Positions 61,101-64,000 of a DNA stretch of 64,000 nt are shown one piece after another. Source of the DNA: Acanthaster planci. Lineage: Eukaryota. The position numbers and the translations under genes are program-made. Within the stretch, counting starts at the first letter, position 1, and every line of letters starts with the position of its first letter. The stretch spans positions 806,961 to 870,960 of the forward strand of contig NW_019091358.1 of the NCBI RefSeq assembly GCF_001949145.1. The letters run 5' to 3'. Under the pieces are notes generated by a model that had not been told where the DNA came from, searched no databases, and worked only from the letters and a program-made list of their open reading frames with translations.

Positions 61101-63254
61101 ATTAAGCTAGTGGTAGTACTCGTTCACATTTATACATCCTTTTGAGTGCAATTTGCAGTGTGAACAGTGACGTCCTTTCCACTCTCTTTGCCTCAAATGT
61201 TTCATCTCTGCTACGTGCAGAATTTATACACAGTGACATGTACAGTACACACTACATACACCCATCTTGTAAACTTCATGCTATGGAATATAAACAGGCC
61301 TACTACAGGTACGGTACTACAGGGCAGAAAAACAGTTCCCAAATTTTGGCCTGTGCTTGTTTCCCACTTTTGACCCTTTATTTCTGCACTATTCCACTCC
61401 AAGATTTGTTAAGTGATGTTGGTGATATCTGAAAGTTGTGGCTGCAGCTTACAAGAACATGTCCGCCTATTGAAGCCCCTGGCCAGCTCCACTGTCACTC
61501 CCCCATAGCCAGCTATGTCACTGTAGGTTTGAGCCAGTTGATTCCGACACGGCTCTTCGTAGCCTAATAGTGCCTGCATGACACGGGTGGCCCACAGCGG
61601 GAGACACTCGCACACCCTCTGAAGCCTCCATACGACAAAGCATGGCACAACAACATTTTGCCTGCTTCCACATTGAAATATAAAAAGAGATCTCTCTGTA
61701 TTTCAATTCCTCGTTTTTTTTTAAGCTCTCCCTCTCAAGCCTTGTTGTAGAGATGAAGTCCTACAAGTAACTCACACGCAATGCGAATTTCACTTTCCAG
61801 ATAGTCAGTACCTGTTCAGATAAAAAAAACAACTTGCAGTCAGTTTGGAGTGAAGGTACATGTACAGTCGTTGCAGTTGGGGGGGGGGAGTTGGCAGGGG
61901 GGCACTTGGGAACGAAAATAAAAAGGGGGGAAAAAGAACAGAAATAGCCAGAGAAACAAAATGAAGCAACTCTTGCCCCAGGGAAGAAATCCTGGTGACA
62001 GGCGCAAGACTTGGTGGTATGGCTTCACAAAGACAGCATGAGAGCTTGAAAGAGAACAGATGGGTTGATTGGTTGTGGAGTTAATGGGACTTTTACATGA
62101 CTAATTGCCGACTACCCCCAAAGAAGCCCCATTATTGATGGCTGTTGCTCTGTCACGCATGCTGCTCATTCAAAACATTTTTTTCAAATGTGCTGACACC
62201 AGTCTGCTGGTTACCGAGCATTTCTTTGTAACAGTAGAAAGCTTTTAGCAATGTATGTACATGTATGCTTCCATTTGCATCAATTCTGCAAAGTGGAGAA
62301 GTGTGTCTGCCTCTGGGAGGAACTGGCTGTTCAGCTTACGTGACGTGCATCCAACATGTAACATGCGGTACATGTAAATTCAGAGGCGCACAACTGCCCC
62401 TAGCCTCCTATTTAATACAGATGCATCCTGGGGAAATAGGTGAAAACAGTCTGCACGTGCACATTGTTCTTACGGGAATTGAGGGTTGATGGGAATATCA
62501 CAGTGATTGATGATACATTTTGTCAAATCCCAAGGCAAGTGAGCTTTATGTTGCCATCTTGTTGTCATTCTGGTACCGGTACCTGCCACCCTCCCCCCCC
62601 AAGAAGCGTAATTCCTCCCCTCCAGAAATGAATACAATGTTAATGGCTCCCCTAATCGCATTTGTTCAAAATAGCATTCGCAAGCAAATTGCTCCCTGAT
62701 GTGAACTCCTGTGGTTCTAGTTAGATTTCAGCATTTGGATTCCTTTTTAGCCATGACATTTTCCTTTTAAGCATATCCTACAATGCTAGTGGAAGTTATG
62801 CCATTCATTTTTATTGGCCGTTAAAGTCAGTGTCGGTTTTTGTGTTGGTTTTAACTGAAGCCATTTTGTGGAGACACGTTACCGCAGTGTGCATATTCAC
62901 GAGCCTACCGGTACATGCATGGCCTGCAGCCGATACTCAAGAAATGAATTAATTAAAACCTACTCCAAAAAAGGGATAAATTTATAATGAATATCTCACT
63001 ATGACACTGAATTAAGTGATGTTTGCACTATACAATTTGAGTCACGCTTACACTAATGGTGAACTCACTCGTTTCTCACACCCGCAGGACCTTTCCAAAC
63101 TGTAAATTTGGAGACAAATGTTTATTCATCCATCCCAACTGCAAGTATGATTCTCGGTGCAGCCGGCCCAACTGTCCCTTCACACATGCAACCAGGAAAC
63201 AAGGCAACCTAGTCCCCATGAGTCCACCAGCGGTTCTCCTGCCTCCCACACAAG
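37069..63254 (+). CDS. ZC3H14: Zinc finger CCCH poly(A)-binding protein ZC3H14/Nab2, 3'-partial; join(37069..37107,37894..37936,38478..38592,39046..39556,41134..41258,42856..43002,46159..46451,47303..47441,51013..51446,52080..52203,63088..63254)
   Basis: N-terminal PWI-like MELGNSEMSNKIRSAIKAKLVELGSYVDDELPDYIMVMIANKKS..LSLFLGNNT..WLH; RPSLP..KQAN..LLKKA motif; SPKFIVTLEG motif; tandem CCCH fingers (ERCMFWPACKNGSDCLYVHP, CRTFPNCKFGDKCLFIHPNCKYDSRCSRPNCPFTH). All intron phases are consistent; the gene continues beyond the window. Confidence 0.93.
37894..37936 (+). CDS. ZC3H14: ZC3H14 exon 2
   Basis: SAIKAKLVELGSYV; ttttcag/ and /gtaagt. Confidence 0.9.
38478..38592 (+). CDS. ZC3H14: ZC3H14 exon 3
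   Basis: DELPDYIMVMIANKKSLAQMTDDLSLFLGNNTVTFTSW. Confidence 0.93.
38741..38961. mobile_element. MITE, copy 2 (ZC3H14 intron 3)
   Basis: Shares ccctgtca.atctgaca, gccaaacaaat and cagatgta.cagggacacaaaaatgtcacac.tttggaccc with 152-359; TTA on the left. Confidence 0.7.
39046..39556 (+). CDS. ZC3H14: ZC3H14 exon 4
   Basis: LHTVLDTLKKP.. low-complexity region; /gtaaga. Confidence 0.85.
40581..40645 (-). mobile_element. tRNA-derived SINE head
   Basis: Minus strand gggctgggTAGCTCAGTTGGcagag..caGGTTCAAATCCtc has Pol III A and B boxes but no intact acceptor or anticodon stems. Confidence 0.65.
41134..41258 (+). CDS. ZC3H14: ZC3H14 exon 5
   Basis: VSRKRKAPGSVIGQV..EEEEED (NLS-like RKRK). Confidence 0.85.
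42856..43002 (+). CDS. ZC3H14: ZC3H14 exon 6
   Basis: RPSLPVEKQANISLLKKAVSAAEAS; phase 2-2. Confidence 0.85.
46159..46451 (+). CDS. ZC3H14: ZC3H14 exon 7
   Basis: KQQHLPPKRNLLLKAVQEAKES..; phases fit both neighbours. Confidence 0.75.
47303..47441 (+). CDS. ZC3H14: ZC3H14 exon 8
   Basis: EETESPDSRQ..VYKPTPLTSRQ; phase 1-2 bridges exons 7 and 9. Confidence 0.75.
51013..51446 (+). CDS. ZC3H14: ZC3H14 exon 9 (SPKFIVTL motif, Q/E-rich coiled coil)
   Basis: RPVSPKFIVTLEG followed by polyQ/E. Confidence 0.85.
52080..52203 (+). CDS. ZC3H14: ZC3H14 exon 10 (CCCH finger 1)
   Basis: ERCMFWPACKNGSDCLYVHPTKPC /gtgagt. Confidence 0.92.
55272..55530 (+). mobile_element. tRNA-derived SINE with Nin/Deu-like core
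   Basis: A box (gcggcccagtggttagg), B box (ggttcgaatcc), then core-like tcaacccgg..atgggtacctg and tattccctagggagctgagatgg. Confidence 0.65.
63088..63254 (+). CDS. ZC3H14: ZC3H14 exon 11 (CCCH fingers 2-3)
   Basis: TFPNCKFGDKCLFIHPNCKYDSRCSRPNCPFTH /gtaggg. Confidence 0.92.
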
Positions 63255-64000
63255 GTAGGGTGTCAAGACAAGACCAGAGTTTGTAGTGAATTACCAATGA
63301 CCGATTCGGAAAACAGCCATTAACTTTAGTGTGGAAGTTTCAGCCCCCTTTTCCAGAGAATCCATGAATACTTTCTCCGTTTGAAATCCCGTGATTGCAT
63401 CCAGTAATGAAAAGATTTGGCAGATCTGGAGCCTCCTAGAATCAATTCAACCTGGCGTTTGTTATCCCATCCCTGTTTTGAGAGAGTTTTCACACTCACA
63501 TAGTTTGTACAACAAGAAAAATGATGAAGACTGCCTAGGTGGTCCCATCCGGTACACAAGAACCACATTTTTATGATTAATACTTGCTTGATTGTGTCCC
63601 TGTTGTAAAAGGAGGACATTTCAGTTTTTATTTCTAAAATGGTGGTGTTCATTTATCCATGACAACAGGGCTGCAATTGAGGTTCATGTACATGCATTAA
63701 CCGAAATCAGATAAAACTACCTTTTGCTTCCCGATGAAGGCACACTTTATGATTATACACTATTAATGGAACCTTTCCCTATTAAGTTTTTACCTTTCTT
63801 ACATTCTCTGCCAGATAAGGATTATAGAAAGAGGCATTTTTCCTCTTACAGGTACATGTAGCTTGCATTTCACCGTGGCAGGCTAATTCACATGTGTTTT
63901 GTCAGATACAAAATCCTCATGGATGTAGGTAACTTTTGTTCATGCTTAACAACTTAATACTTGTGTAAAAATACATCTGTGCATGTTCATGCAAAATGTG

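Noticed and set aside
1..64000. CRISPR arrays, rRNA or prokaryotic operons
   Set aside because: The window is spliced eukaryotic DNA; the tandem repeats lack unique spacers and no rRNA-like sequence was seen

Overview
Intron-rich animal genomic DNA. The abundant TACATGTA motifs, MITEs and tRNA-derived SINEs suggest a marine invertebrate, probably a lophotrochozoan (inference). There are three N-gaps (5750-6171, 49166-49249, 52377-53092). Three + strand genes can be rebuilt by hand with GT-AG boundaries and consistent intron phases: a two-exon FADD-like adaptor (DED exon 9045-9324, death-domain exon 17692-18068, ~218 aa); a complete 9-exon eIF5 (26940-34394, 424 aa); and the first 11 coding exons of ZC3H14/Nab2 (37069-63254, continuing past the window). 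The eIF5 locus is the most interesting part. Two upstream AUGs in an identical poor context (TTTATGTCTT) fall into one spliced 96-codon uORF that overlaps the strong-context eIF5 AUG, matching the known start-codon-stringency autoregulation. Its introns also carry many sense-strand hairpins rich in G.U pairs, including a 49-bp stem, a repeated TTGATGACTG..GCGTCAT motif and a ~280-nt element with RNase MRP-like motifs. Other content: a degenerate Tc1 transposon in the FADD intron, several MITEs, TTAA-flanked mini-elements, a perfect 79-bp palindrome and a possible antisense small ORF in a ZC3H14 intron. All calls are by-eye reading; no searches were run.
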